Under the pieces are notes generated by a model. That model did not search any database, was not told the origin of the DNA, and saw only the letters and a program-made list of their open reading frames with translations. From NCBI GenBank assembly GCA_001949185.1, contig BDGG01000017.1:496001-560000 (forward strand): a stretch of 64,000 nucleotides of DNA. Direction: 5' to 3'. Positions 1 to 11,990 of this stretch are shown piece after piece. The position numbers were made by a program, and so were the translations under genes. How positions within the stretch are numbered: position 1 is the stretch's first letter; each line of letters starts with the position of its first letter. The DNA comes from Ramazzottius varieornatus (lineage: Eukaryota; Animalia; Tardigrada).

Positions 1-834
1 TGAGAAATCCCTTCAAAAGTTATGTTCCCACGAAGCCCAGCAAAGCTTCCAACGTGTGCAGCGGTTCAGTTGAATTGACACCCAAGTCGTTTTCAAAATC
101 CGCTCTCGCTGACGGACTTCAGCGACGGGCGTCGTACGAAGCTGTACTCTCCCGATAGGAAATTATGAGACAGTAAAAATTACGGGATAGGCGGAAAGGA
201 CGGCAAAAAGAAAATTCGACCGTAGAAAAGGATCGAAAAGTGTATTTCTGTGAATCGGTCGCGTACGTACGTGCTTCCGGACCGCCCTAGCGAAAAGGCC
301 TGTCCCATAATCTTTACTGGTCGATAATTTCTCATCGTGCGTGTACGGAAATTGCAGCGACACTGTGTTCATCGAAACTTGTACGCTCCATTCTCTGAAT
401 TGGCAGAAAAGTAGAAGTGCCAGTTGGTAACGACCTCGGGGCTGCCACGCGTAAAGCCATGTCTTACGCATGTGAGTCCTCCTATCCATCAAACCCTCCC
501 TTCCCTCCTTGAACTTGCACCCACCGTACTTCAAGGTCGTGTCCCCAAACAGCTGAGGAATTTCGCCCACCGCTCAAGTCTCGGAGCGGGTGGCTTTGTG
601 CTTGGCGCTCGCTGGAGTTTGACACATGGCTGGATCCGATTTTTCGCATGATCCACTTCTTCCTGTCCGCGCACTTTCGGAAAAGCGTGGTTGTTTGAAA
701 TACATAATACAGATTCATTACCCCTTTGCGGTAGTCTTCATTCAGCCCCAGGCAAATAGCCTACGACATGCAAGTAATCGGATGTTCCACGTATTGAATA
801 GTAACGAAATATTATTCAGGCGACTCAGCGAACA

Positions 835-1012
835 TACTCCGCACAAGTGTTGTATCAAGTAACGCACGTCTTCGGTATTACTGGCCAAATGTGCGCGCCA
901 TGTGGAAACACCACCACCGGCAACTGCTCTCCTTCCCAGCGACGCACGTTGTCAGTATTATTAGCTAGCAGCCTGCGCCACTTCGGAAGTCGATGCTGTC
1001 GGCTTTGTTTGT
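835..1012. repeat. Palindromic element family A
   Basis: Arms at 937/974 with 27-nt spacer and a second degenerate unit near 858. Lies downstream of the GPCR splice donor, so probably intronic. Confidence 0.65.
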
Positions 1013-1069
1013 CTGCAGGACGTCGCCGTGGCTGAAGAGACCAGATATTTTCTAAGCAGTGATACTTAC

Positions 1070-1935
1070 GGGGTTAAACGTGTACTCGGCAATGATGATG
1101 ATTTTAAACCAGCTGGGCAGCAACGGCATTAGAGCAAACAACATAGGTGCCACCGATTTGGTCACAAAGTAGGGTAGCTTGCACAGGGTTCCCCAGATGA
1201 AAGAAAGCAGCAGCATCTTTGCTACTTGCAGCCGTCGTCGATACAGCATAAACTGGGCACCGTCCCGAGCATTTTCTGCCGGAGCGGGGGCTCTTCGTGT
1301 AAAGTAGATTTTGAATGCCCGAACAATGACTGCGATCGAAGCTCCAGCAATGAGAAACCAAGGTATGAAGGTCATGGCGGACACCAACAAGTGGCCCACC
1401 TTCCCCTTAGCACTGAACTCGCACTGTTCCACTTCTTCGGTTCGAACCAGGCCCCCGAAGAGGGCGGTGAGTACCATGACGAGGAAGCTGAGTGTCCAGC
1501 TTGTTGTTAGCAGCATCAAGTTGACTTTCATGCTGCAGAACTTGGAGTAGTTGTGAGGATGCTAAATGGCGAAATGACGCGGTTGAATGCCAGGCAGACT
1601 TCGGTCCAGTTGGCCGTGACGTAGATTTGGTAGGTTAGTAAGGAGTGATAAAAGCAGTAGGTATCGGACATATGGGCGGAATATAGTAGAGGGATACTGA
1701 CGAGAGGCAGAACTGGACAACAGCATAGAACATAGAGGAATAGTAGGTTGGCAATGAGAATGTGACTGGCGCCCTCTTGCTTGTTAGCGCAAATAATCCG
1801 GATAAGAACCATGAGCAATAAGAGATTGAGGAAAAAGCCCAAAGTACCCAGGATGGTGGATAGGGCAAAACCAGCTTGGATTTCCGCCTTGTACTCCCGC
1901 AAGTCAACCTTTCGACTGACGTTCGATTGTCCCGT
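1070..1935 (-). pseudogene. Orphan class A (rhodopsin-like) GPCR pseudogene
   Basis: ORFs 1528-1902 (TM1-3, ending CLAFNRV) and 1052-1531 (TM4-7, ending YTFNP followed by a gtaagt donor) are joined by a frameshift near 1572 and an in-frame TAG at 1562-1564. The apparent start codon is ACG (1933-1935) before GQSNVS. The last exon was not confidently located. Confidence 0.7.
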
Positions 1936-2574
1936 GACCTAGCTCTCCTTACTGAAAAGAATCTAGCAGTTGAACGGACCGTCCTTTGCAATATGAACCA
2001 ATTCATCGGGGGTGATCACGGAGGATTGGTTTAACACTGCTGAGAAATCGATCACGGATGGGATCTTGCTGGAAGACCTTGAGTTCGAGCTTTGAATGAA
2101 CGGACTTGGTCACTGAGGGTTGGATGTTTGTATCCCCTTATTTGCTGTGTGGGAGAATGGCGGATAAGGTCATTTCCCGTTTCGTTGTTCATGTGCCGAT
2201 GATGGCTCCTGATTATTTTAATTTTAATATGGGTGAATGCCTAGACCTTTGTTCATGAAATATTTCCAACTACGGAGGTGTTTTATTTTCGGCTACACGA
2301 TCACGCTAATCAAATTGGACCGAATAAGCTGCCCCTCGTACTACCAAGAATTTAAATTTCATTCTGCACCTAGTCATCAAGAGCGAAACTCCCGTTATGC
2401 GTACATAGAAGAGAAGAGGATACAGTTTGCCATCGTTTCCTACGTCTCTTCAACAGCTCTATTTTCAATACTCTTCTACATCTGTATTATAAATCAGACA
2501 GATTTAGAAAATTTAATGTTTTTTCCCCAGCCCTCCGTATGGGGCGCAAAAGTTCTTTGCACAATGTATAAATG

Positions 2575-5500
2575 TCAGTGTAGGTCTGAATCTTGCTCGT
2601 AATACTCGACATAAAGAAATAACGTTGCAGGCTCCAGCGCGTTGTCGGCTTTATCATACAGTTCCACGTGCCGATATCCTGCAAACAGACCGTATTCAGT
2701 AGACCGAAGAACCTACCACATGGAGGTTCGTGAGGGGACGACACAGCATGCGCATATTGACTTCCGCGGTAAGCTACCTTGCTGAACGCAGCTAACAGGC
2801 AGACTGTAATGTCCAATCAACTCATCCACCGCTCTTGAGTTTCTGTCTACAACTTCCAGACGAAGTACCGCAATCTCTGGCTCATGGACCACAAACTCGA
2901 ACTCTTGATTCCAGATTGGGTTGAAACCTGTGTACAGCTAACTTGATCAGATTGACAATTGTGGATTTAGCCAAACAAACTCGACAAGATCGATGCCCTA
3001 AGTGGTGTTCTCTTTCAACCACTGGCACTGTAAACGTGCGCCACTTTGTAAGAACAGTCTTGTCGAGGCCACCAAGTGGCATAAACTTCCGGCCCATAAC
3101 ACTGGGGCACGCGCAACTTAGGAAGACAAGCCTGCCCAGTTGATGCGTACCGTTATTTTTGAGGAAGGTGGTCTTTTCTTTCTTGCAGTCTCTCTGGCAC
3201 CCAAAAACTTGCACGGTGACATAGGGATCAGCGATATCTTCGCCATCAATAGCACCCGGTTTCGGTAACTGTTGCGCACTGATAACCGTCACGCTCAGAA
3301 CCATCGCTTTCCGTCCCGCTACGAACTTTTCAAAATCCACCTCTTCTTTCCGCATATACTCGGGTTTCAGCAGATATCCACACCCGCCATTATCCATGAA
3401 CAGGGCTTTGTACGCGCGGGTCTCCGGCTGCTTATCTTGGTAGTTCAACGCTACGATCTGACAGCCTGCTCGCAACATCGGTATGGGGTTGTAGTTGCTG
3501 GAATCGGTCCGTAAACCATCGGGGTAGATGCGCACTAGTTGACGCCGACAGTGACCGATCAGCCCCTGCATGTGAACGTCCTCGCTGAAGCCTTCTCTGA
3601 ACTTCGTTTCGGACAGCGAGCTCATCTCGTAAAATCGCTCGTTTTCTTTAGCGTGACTCAATGAACGGAACTTGACGGCATGTAAGTATACTCCGGAGGA
3701 GAAGTTTTCGGATATTTTAGACAAGACGCGTCTTACGTTAACCTTCTCGTGGATTGTTGTGTCAGTTACGTCTTCAACTGGCACAGTTCTGGCCGGCTCG
3801 ACAATAAGGTCATCGTCATCCTTGGAGGACTCGGAGTCCCCACGGCTGATGCCGATAAACTTTTTCCCTTTCAGTATGACTTTGCCCCTGAGCTTCTCGG
3901 GCGAAGGTAAGGCTGAGTCGGTGCTGGAAGGAAGGTCAAAGTATAATGCACTTCCCAGGCAGGTACGGAGGCACGTTGCCATAAGGTCCTGTTGGTCCAA
4001 TGAACAGTGGTTCTCGATTGAGAGGATGATGGGGTACCTAGAAGCGGAACAGTAGAAGTTCCGTCCAACGTCGGACTACGTTTATGAATACTTACGGAGA
4101 AGCTCGAAAGCCGTAATCACGAATAACCGCCACGACGTCCTTGAAAAGTATTCGAGAAGTAAAGGTGTGGCCATGAGTGACAACGGGCTCTCCGCTTGGT
4201 CCGTCCCAGCAGTCGACTAAAGGTATGGGATTGACGACTTCGTGATCAAGTGGATAGACAGGCTAATGAGCTCACATACTTTCAACACAGCGGCAACCTT
4301 TTAACAAACAGGAAATGTAGGCTTCCACACTACTGGTGCCCGTCAGTTGATTATCCAACAGGTACGTGTTGTGCTGGAAATAGAGAGACTGTATTTCCGT
4401 AGCGGAAAGACGTCTGCTCGAGTGTAGGATATCATCAAGAATGCGTTAGACTGCACCTACCGAGGAAGCTATGAAGTAATGGCTAAGAGGTTGCGACATG
4501 TCCTGGTACACTTGGTCCTTCTTCGGGTTGAACAAGAATTGCCGTTGGTTCAGAAGGTAACTTTGGAATCCTATGTTGAAAACGTCTTTGTCGTCACTGA
4601 TGTACGTTGAAACTAGACGGAAATGCATTACACGCGCCTAGCCCAAATTTGGACACGGACAAAACTGTGGGTAGCGGAGCGGAAGCGAGATTGCTCCGAT
4701 TGATGATTCATTTGATTGGACAACTTCACATACGCTGCCCACAGTTTTGTCCATGCCCACATGTAGTCCAGGCGCGTGCACAGCTACAGTTACAGTACAC
4801 TAACCTTGCATACTAAAATGCTTCTGTTCTCGGTTCTCGTCCACTGGCTCGAACGTTTCGATGACGAACTCACAGGCTTCGATTGTTTCTTTGTCCTCTC
4901 GCTGTGACGTCAGAAGGAACATCTGGAGATCGCTGGTTGTCCAGTATTTTTTGCTGGGTGCAGTGGAATACCTACAGTGAGTGGCCCGACCATAAGGCAA
5001 GAATTATACGTTATTCCCAGTCCAGCGTACTTTTCGAAAAGTTCTCGAATCTCCGAGCGCTCCGCCAAACTGGCGTAGAAGCGGTAGAAACCATTGGCGT
5101 CTAGGACGGGAGCCGTCGGGTCGTCGTCTCTGGTTATGGCTCCTGCATCCTACGGACGATAGCATACTACTATACGGCGACATGCTGTATACGCATGACA
5201 TCTTTACCATAAACACGCTAAGGGCTTTTTCGCAGGAGAAGAAGAGGTTTAGATGGCCCAAGAGGGTCATACATTCGTTGAAATTGAGATATCCGTCTTT
5301 TGAAGTGTCCGCAAGACGAAACTGCTTTTTGAGCCACCTTCAAGGCAGGAAAGTAACATTATTGATCAATAGAAAGTGAAATTTCGAGGTCCACAAAAGT
5401 GTTACGGTAACGCATCGGTATGCACTGTCACACCTTTCCAGCCGATCTTCCCGATCCTCGTGTTGACTTTTGCCGATGACATATTGGATAACATTGACCC

Positions 5501-6138
5501 AGCATTTGCATAAGTCCACAGAGGGAGCAACCAAGTTGACCGTGCTGCCGTTTGACATGATCAGGGAGAAACAGCGCTCTTCCGGGATGCGACCGGTGAA
5601 GCTGCGCGACTTGCTGCATATGTGGAAGACATCTGTTTTGTAACCGGTACGAACCTCCCGAAGAGCTGACAAATCAACTAAAACAATCAAAACCATCTTA
5701 TGTTCTTTCCAGATAAACAGGAACTGGAAAGCACAGAAAAACTGACTTGCTCGTGTCTTGGCTTGACATGTGGGGTAAAAGCGCGGCGAAGCATCATGGC
5801 AGTAGATGGTCTGATAGTCGGGATCCAACACGTACAGTCTGGAGTATAAATTCTTGGCCGCTGTAACTTTGAGTAGGACGGTTCCTTTCAGCAACACTTG
5901 GACGGATTTATCAACTGCAGAAACAAGTGATGATTACTGATGTCGACGCCGAGAGAAATATTTGATTGTAGGAGCATTTTACTGTATAGGAAAAATTTTA
6001 CTTACATTCTATTTGCTCAAAATGGACATCCGCCACAGCAGGTGCGCGCCCTTCCTTTTCTTTTCTCTGCTTGGCCAAGAAGCGGGCTTTCTTGGAGAAA
6101 CCCAAAACTCGAACGGCGGTTAACGCCATGTGCGCCAT
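2575..6138 (-). CDS. PLCD: Phosphoinositide phospholipase C, delta-like (PH, EF-hands, X/Y catalytic, C2); multi-exon, paralog 1
   Basis: PH (LLKGTVLLK...), EF ([14 protein letters not shown]), X box ASS|HNTYL...GCRCVE|IDCWDG...HGHT, Y box [18 protein letters not shown]...[10 protein letters not shown]...[14 protein letters not shown]2 ending GYRHVEL. Phase-compatible GT-AG introns, ATG 6138, TGA 2575-2577. Confidence 0.93.
2969..3145. repeat. Intronic palindromic element family A
   Basis: CAAACAAACTCGACAAGA end, arms at 3000/3037, second unit at 3073. Confidence 0.75.
4631..4778. mobile_element. MITE (family C) in a PLC intron
   Basis: Imperfect ~45-bp terminal inverted repeats CACGCGCCT...GGACAAAACTGTGGG, related to 16356-16499. 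Confidence 0.7.
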
Positions 6139-7536
6139 CTTGTCCGGAACACACTGTCGAAAAATTTGCGGTGATGACTTTGCCCAGCAGTCATTGAACC
6201 GCTTCTAGCTCTTTGCTGGGGAATTAGATTTTAGCGTCTGCTGTCAGTATTCGAATTTCGCCCACTACAGCAGAGGACTTGGTCAAAAAGGACTTTATGT
6301 TACCAGAGTGAGTTCAGTACCCACTCTGATATTACCCATATCTACGGCTGTACCGTTGTGGTACTGCTTGTAGAGTAGAAGGAGTGTATCTCCTCTCCTT
6401 ACTGAAAAACACCTGTTATGAATGTTAGGTTGGCTGCCTAAAAATTTCGGCGTTCTAGGACGTCTCTTCATCGTTCATGACGCAGTCCGTACTCGGTACT
6501 GGCAACGCCCATACTTATCAGCTTTTGGCACCATACTGTTATTCTTCAAGCGCAAAACGTACAACAGCACTCGTACCGCGATGTGTCATGCTGTCCGTGC
6601 GCACTGAGCTTTCAGTCTTTTATTGAGCGAAGAGGTTTGGTTACGCTCAGTTGCACGAACCCCGTACTTGGGATTTCGCTCGTCAGATTTGAAGAGAATT
6701 CCTATCAGGCTGAGATTTACTTTGCAAGCATATTTGTCCATCAGGGGGATCGACTGACATCAGCTGTTTCTAGCCGAAGTGGCCCGGAATTCCAGAACTA
6801 ACTCGTTTGGCATTGTAGCAGAAGGTGGAGCGCGCGACGTGTCGTAACCTGGCGGCTTCGCTTGCGCCCGCTCTATTCTATTAAAGTGTGATATCACTGC
6901 AGTAGAGTCTTCGTCTCTGACTGCGCGACCCAAACGCGGTGTGATTCCCCGAGAAGTACCCTCCAAGCTGGAGGTCCCTCATTTCTTCCACCACCAAATG
7001 AATACCATGATGAACAAATACGTACGTAGAACAAGTGTCCTGGTCTGAAAAGCACTCGGCCACTTTGGCACTTCCCACCCGCAGCGGCCAATAGTACTGA
7101 GTTCGTGAAACGAAGCTTAGCTCATGGTTCATGAATCACTATGCATGGCCAATCATTTATAGCAAAACCTCACGCACTTTGAGTCCAAGGACTTTATCCG
7201 GTATCCACATTGAGCATGACGAATCCGACGTAGAGTACATCCACGACACACAAGTTAACTGAGGTTGCTACCGGCTATTTTATGGGATCTACCACACCTG
7301 CGCTAGCGGGCTCAAGCGAAGCCTGCCTGGAGGTTAACTTTGGTGTCATCGGAGTAGTCTTCTTTCAGTTTTCTTCTGAATGAATGCTCTATATCACCTC
7401 CAGTAAGAAGCCAAAAACGGAAAATCACCCAAAACCACCCGAAATCGTAAAACGTTTTCCAGCGTGCTGGGTTTCTGCTGACTGCTAGCCACCGACGCCA
7501 CTTTGGTCGCAAAACCCATTTACAGTCAAACACAAA

Positions 7537-7764
7537 TGGGCTCTGGGCAAAGCTCCTCAGGTGGATGCGGTCATGGCGTAGAGGCGCAGCGAATGGAAAT
7601 TCGACCAGGGCTGCTTTGGCTTGGGGCCAAAACTGAAAATTGTCGGCTTTCATCATTGCGGTCCCAACCCTTTCCCTCGGTTTGCCCTGACCCTCACCGA
7701 ATTTTCACCATATGTGCCTCTACGCCATGACCCCATCCACCTGAGGAGCTTTGCCCAGAGCCCA
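7537..7764. repeat. Inverted repeat, 49-bp arms (MITE-like)
   Basis: 7537-7585 is the reverse complement of 7716-7764 with one mismatch. Confidence 0.8.
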
Positions 7765-7984
7765 AATTTGCAGTCGGAAAGATCGAAGCTAAAACTGAAA
7801 GACGAGTAAAACTGATGCTTTGTACTCACCCTGAGTACGGTCACGCTATAAAACAAGGTCAACAATGCCCAACGTACGAAGGGATGCAACGCGAAGTGGT
7901 ACCGGTGTGCAGTAGCGCGTTCCTCGACCTCCCACGGGAACCTCTAGGCCATGTCTATCTTGATATCAATGCTTTTACGTGATA

Positions 7985-8423
7985 GCTATGGCTCTTAGCT
8001 CTTGCCAAACCATGAGGTCGAAATGTCACTGATCCCTTCCTGGAGCTACAGAAATCCTAGAGGTGCATCATTCGCTGCATGCTACGCGTGGAACCAATGT
8101 TTCAGTCCATACAGCACTACACTGATCGACCAGAAAAATGGTCGATTCTTCAGACAAACACTGAATTTCACATCGGGATGGTGTAGAACGTAGTTCCGAA
8201 CCTCATACTAACAGGAAAAAAGCGAACTTTCGAAAAACGTATATTCCAGCATATTTGTACTTACAGTTCACTCGTTCGAAATCCATACACTGTTCTTCCA
8301 TTTTTATTGCACTGTAACATTGGTTCTACAGCGATCGACGCAGCTTTGAGATTTTCTGTAGCTTCAGGAAGGGGACAGTAGCATTTCTTCCTCATAGTTT
8401 GTAAAAGAGCAAAGAGCCATAGC
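7985..8423. mobile_element. Old MITE-like element with ~120-bp degenerate inverted arms
   Basis: GCTATGGCTCTTAGCTCTT...GGAACCAATGT is mirrored by ACATTGGTTCT...AAGAGCAAAGAGCCATAGC. Confidence 0.65.
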
Positions 8424-8468
8424 CAGACCTGCACTAGCGCCTGGCCCTAGGGTGCCACGTCTAATATC

Positions 8469-8617
8469 GTACTGTGATGCTTCATGAACTTCGCGAAGCA
8501 CGTCATCATACGACCGAAACATCCCTTAGGGGGTTTGTAGGGCAAAATTTCCGGACCGGAGTTCAACTGCACGCGTATGATGTTGTGCTTTGCGAAGTTC
8601 ATGAAGCATTACAGTAC
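8469..8617. mobile_element. Small MITE, 44-bp inverted arms including flanking TA
   Basis: 8469-8512 versus 8574-8617 form an inverted repeat with few mismatches. Confidence 0.7.
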
Positions 8618-8679
8618 ATCGAATGGAAAAATTTTATTTTTTTCAGTAGATGATGGTTTGACTTCAAATTTGTACATAC

Positions 8680-11310
8680 AATCTCCAAGTTTCGAACGCT
8701 ACTGGACAGAACATGTAGCGACCATCCAGCTCGCGGTACTTGTGTCTCTTGAGCTCTTCCGCCTTGTTGGCGGCATAACCAAGCTGCCCCGCTGATCCTC
8801 ACAGGTATGTTTCTGCAAGAGTGTCAACACAGGTTACATCTCAAACAAGAGCCTTACCTTGTTGCCACGGGATGAGCGTCAGTCCGTCAGGTCGTTTCTG
8901 GTCGTCCCTGAGGATCCCGTTGGGCTCGAGGACGTTCGGGACTTTACAGCTGATGCGGGCACGGTGGAGGGAGTCATTAAGAGCGGAATGTCTAGAATGA
9001 CGTCCGGCACTCAACTGACAAGACAAGCCGTGGTGCCCCAGCTCGTCGACAAGTTTTTGCAACGACAAACATGGGGCTCACAGAGCCTAGCCACAAGACG
9101 CGAACCAACTGAGATGCGAAACGAGTTGTCGTCCAGCAAATTACCTAAAACAGAAATGGGTAACGCATTAAGCCATGCTCCTGAGTCCTTAGCTGATACG
9201 GTAACTAGTCTGGCTCTTTCTACTTGGGAACTAGCATCCAGAAGGGTTTAGTAGTGCTGGTCAACTATCGGGATGTCCCATGCCTTCTGCGCTGATCGGA
9301 GAGTGAGAATGGGAGGCTGTGCGAATCTTTCTTCCTGCCAGAGGTTCATCGCTGGCGATACTATACTATTCACGTCGCCTTGAGGATAGATCTGTTTCAT
9401 CAGATCGAAAGCCGAGTGAACGGAAGCCGAAAAGGCCGGGAGAGCCAGTTCATCGACGCGTCTGATTCCGAGACCGCCCCTACTGACGGGAAGGCTTGAC
9501 TGCCGCCAGACCGTGTCGTCCATCGCGATGTTGGCGATTTTACCTACACATTTGCGGATGGTCCCATCAAAAGCTTGAAGGGAAGGAAGGCAACTGAAAG
9601 TCGGGTTGCTCAGGTAGACAGACAGTTCTTCAACAGAAACAAAGCCTGGTGGGCCGAGATTTTTTCCAAGCGTGTAGTCATGAGCTCAGCTTGTTGGATC
9701 TTTTCCTCTAGGACCGGAGGGATCGCTTCGGGGAGACTGGAGTTCCAAGTAGCGTTAGGGTCTCCTTGTCCGGAAATATTACGCCGGGGCAGAGGAGCTT
9801 CATTTTCTGGCGTGTAACTTGTTGGGTAGGAGTACCTCCACAGACAACAAACTCACATTTGGACGTATTGAGCTCGAGGCTCATAGAAGGGCCGATCTCC
9901 ACAATGGTCTGGAGGTCCCTACTTACCAGTTCGAAGTCTCCACCAAGCGTGGCATCGTCAAGATACCATACATTGAAGGGCGACTGAAGCGACTTGGACA
10001 GGTTCCGGGTCAGAAGACAGAACAATAATGGCCCTAGGGGGTCTCCCTGTTGAACCCCCCGGGCGGAAGGGATGACGTGCTCGCCGTAGATGAGATTTTT
10101 TGGCGATCTGTACATCTGAAAAATAAAAGGATAAATCTCGGGAAGGAACTTCTGGGCCTCCTCGAGTAGCCTGTCTCTGTGAACGGAATTGAAAGCATTC
10201 CTGAAGTCCAGTTTCAGCAAAGTTTGGCAGCCTGTCTGGCCTGAGAGGAAAGCTCTAGTGGAATGTACTGCTGCTTCGGCGCCGCCTCTAGTGCCATAGC
10301 CGAGCTGTTGGGGTCGTATAAGCTTGCCTGTGGCTTCCATCACTCGTTTACTGACGATCTTTCGAGTGTTACCGACCGCAATGGGCCTTATTCCCCCTGT
10401 CTTCTTCAGCAGAGCGATCAGCGAGGCACCATACAAGGCAGGGCAGACATCTTCTGGTACTTTGCCATCCAGCATCAAGCCGACCAAGTCGGCAAGTGCT
10501 TGCGCCAACTGTAGCGACATAGGATCCCTCAGACCCACTAGCAAGTCTTTCAGGTGCCGAGGGCGAAGACCATCAGGACCCCCAGCTGAGTCACAGGGGA
10601 TACTGCTTACAGCTGACATTAATTCCTCCGTGATGACTGGTGGCGAGGGAGGACCAAAGCACTCTTTCGAGGGGAAATGGGCATCTTGATGTTCGGGGGG
10701 ATGCTTTTTTCGTAGCTCTTCCAGAGTCTCTGTTGACATAGGGGCTATCACATCTTCGGAGGCGGGGACCCTAACGGCACCGCTGATATCGTCGCCGTTC
10801 AACTTCAGCTCCACTCTTCTCTTCATCTGCGAGTCTTCGTCGATCGAGTTCTTCCTCTGCTTTGTATTATTGGTTTGCGTTTTCGCAGTAGTATCTACCG
10901 CTGCAGCTGGCCTAGTGATGTTTTCTTTGACGAGAGTGGTAAAAGACTTCTTCTTAGAGGACGGCTCTGGAAATTTGAAAGCAACCGAGGGGAAAGTAAG
11001 TAGTTTTGCCAGTGTTCCACATCACTCTTTCTAACACAATCTCTCACAATATCGAGGAGGGCCGAAGCTGCAGTTATTCTCGCGCCACGTGGTATTCTTT
11101 GATCGTCGGGACAGATCGTTTGACAGGATTGACGGATCGGTTTTCGTCGTCAGCTGCTGAGGACTGGCTAAGGATGACTATTTGATCACGTAGCTTTCTC
11201 GGGGCTTCTTGGCATGGTCTTTTTCCTCGATGCTTGGTTAGGAAACCCTCTGAGGCAGCTGAGAAGCCACACAAGTCGCACTTCACTTTCGACTTTCCTT
11301 TAGATGCCAT
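8680..11310 (-). mobile_element. Decayed non-LTR retrotransposon, CRE-like (zinc finger, RT, zinc knuckle, restriction-like endonuclease)
   Basis: N-terminal CDLC...H...C finger. RT motifs GGIRPIAVG, LKLDFRNAFNS, GVQQGDPLGPLLF, WYLDD. Downstream SLPVSRGGLG, GAWLNALP, HHGLSC...GRHSRH and [14 protein letters not shown]...DVTC. Multiple stops and frameshifts. Confidence 0.9.
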
Positions 11311-11601
11311 CGTGCTACAAAGAAACATACAGCAAGCAAAATATGCTCCACAAAATATCTGTCAGGCGAGGTGCGTAGGAAGCAACCTATGTGCGATCCG
11401 GGGGAACGCGTACGTTCACCCCGGAGTCATCTTCAAAAGGCCAGAGGGAGCAACTTTGTCGTTTCTAGTAGGGAAGTTGAGGCGAGCGTGAAGAATAATT
11501 GTGTTGCGTTTTCGACAATACGAGCTTGTGTAGGTGATTGATTGTTGAAACACCTGAAAAACTTCAAAGAGACCAATACTAATGTTACTTATTACATTCT
11601 A

Positions 11602-11990
11602 GACCTGCTCGAATTGATGACTGATTCCGCTGCCGGCGCCTTGAATGTCAACTCGGAGGATAACTGGGGTAAGAAAGGAACCCGCGATGAAGATGGACGA
11701 ATGGAGGAGGAACCCGAGGATGCAGAAGGAGAGTCCGACCCGGAAGAAGACGAAATGGAACCGGAAGAAGCAGGAGGTTTCGATGAGGTGGCGAATGAAG
11801 ACAAGGATGACGAGGACCAGCCAGAAGAAGACCATACGTAATTTTCATGCACACACTGAAGCAGAAACACCAGCAGAACGGAGTACAACGAAGCGAAGAT
11901 TATCAGGAAGAATGAGCAGACAGACAGCGAGAGAAGCAGGCAGTCAGGCGAGACGAGCGATGAAGGAGATGACGGGACGACTCAAAACTT
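11602..11990 (+). other. Acidic (E/D-rich) coding-like remnant of unknown origin
   Basis: ORF 11542-11841 with EEEPEDAEGESDPEEDEMEPEE, preceded by a possible acceptor (ttctag) and interrupted by stops. Confidence 0.3.

Noticed and set aside
2928-3149. Family A element as an intron-generating (Introner-like) element
   Set aside because: The same intron position (NNG|FNP) exists in PLC2 without the element, and element ends do not coincide with splice sites, so it sits inside pre-existing introns.
5680-5750. Non-canonical GC-AG intron in PLC1
   Set aside because: A phase-compatible GT donor (gtcagt) lies 4 nt away.
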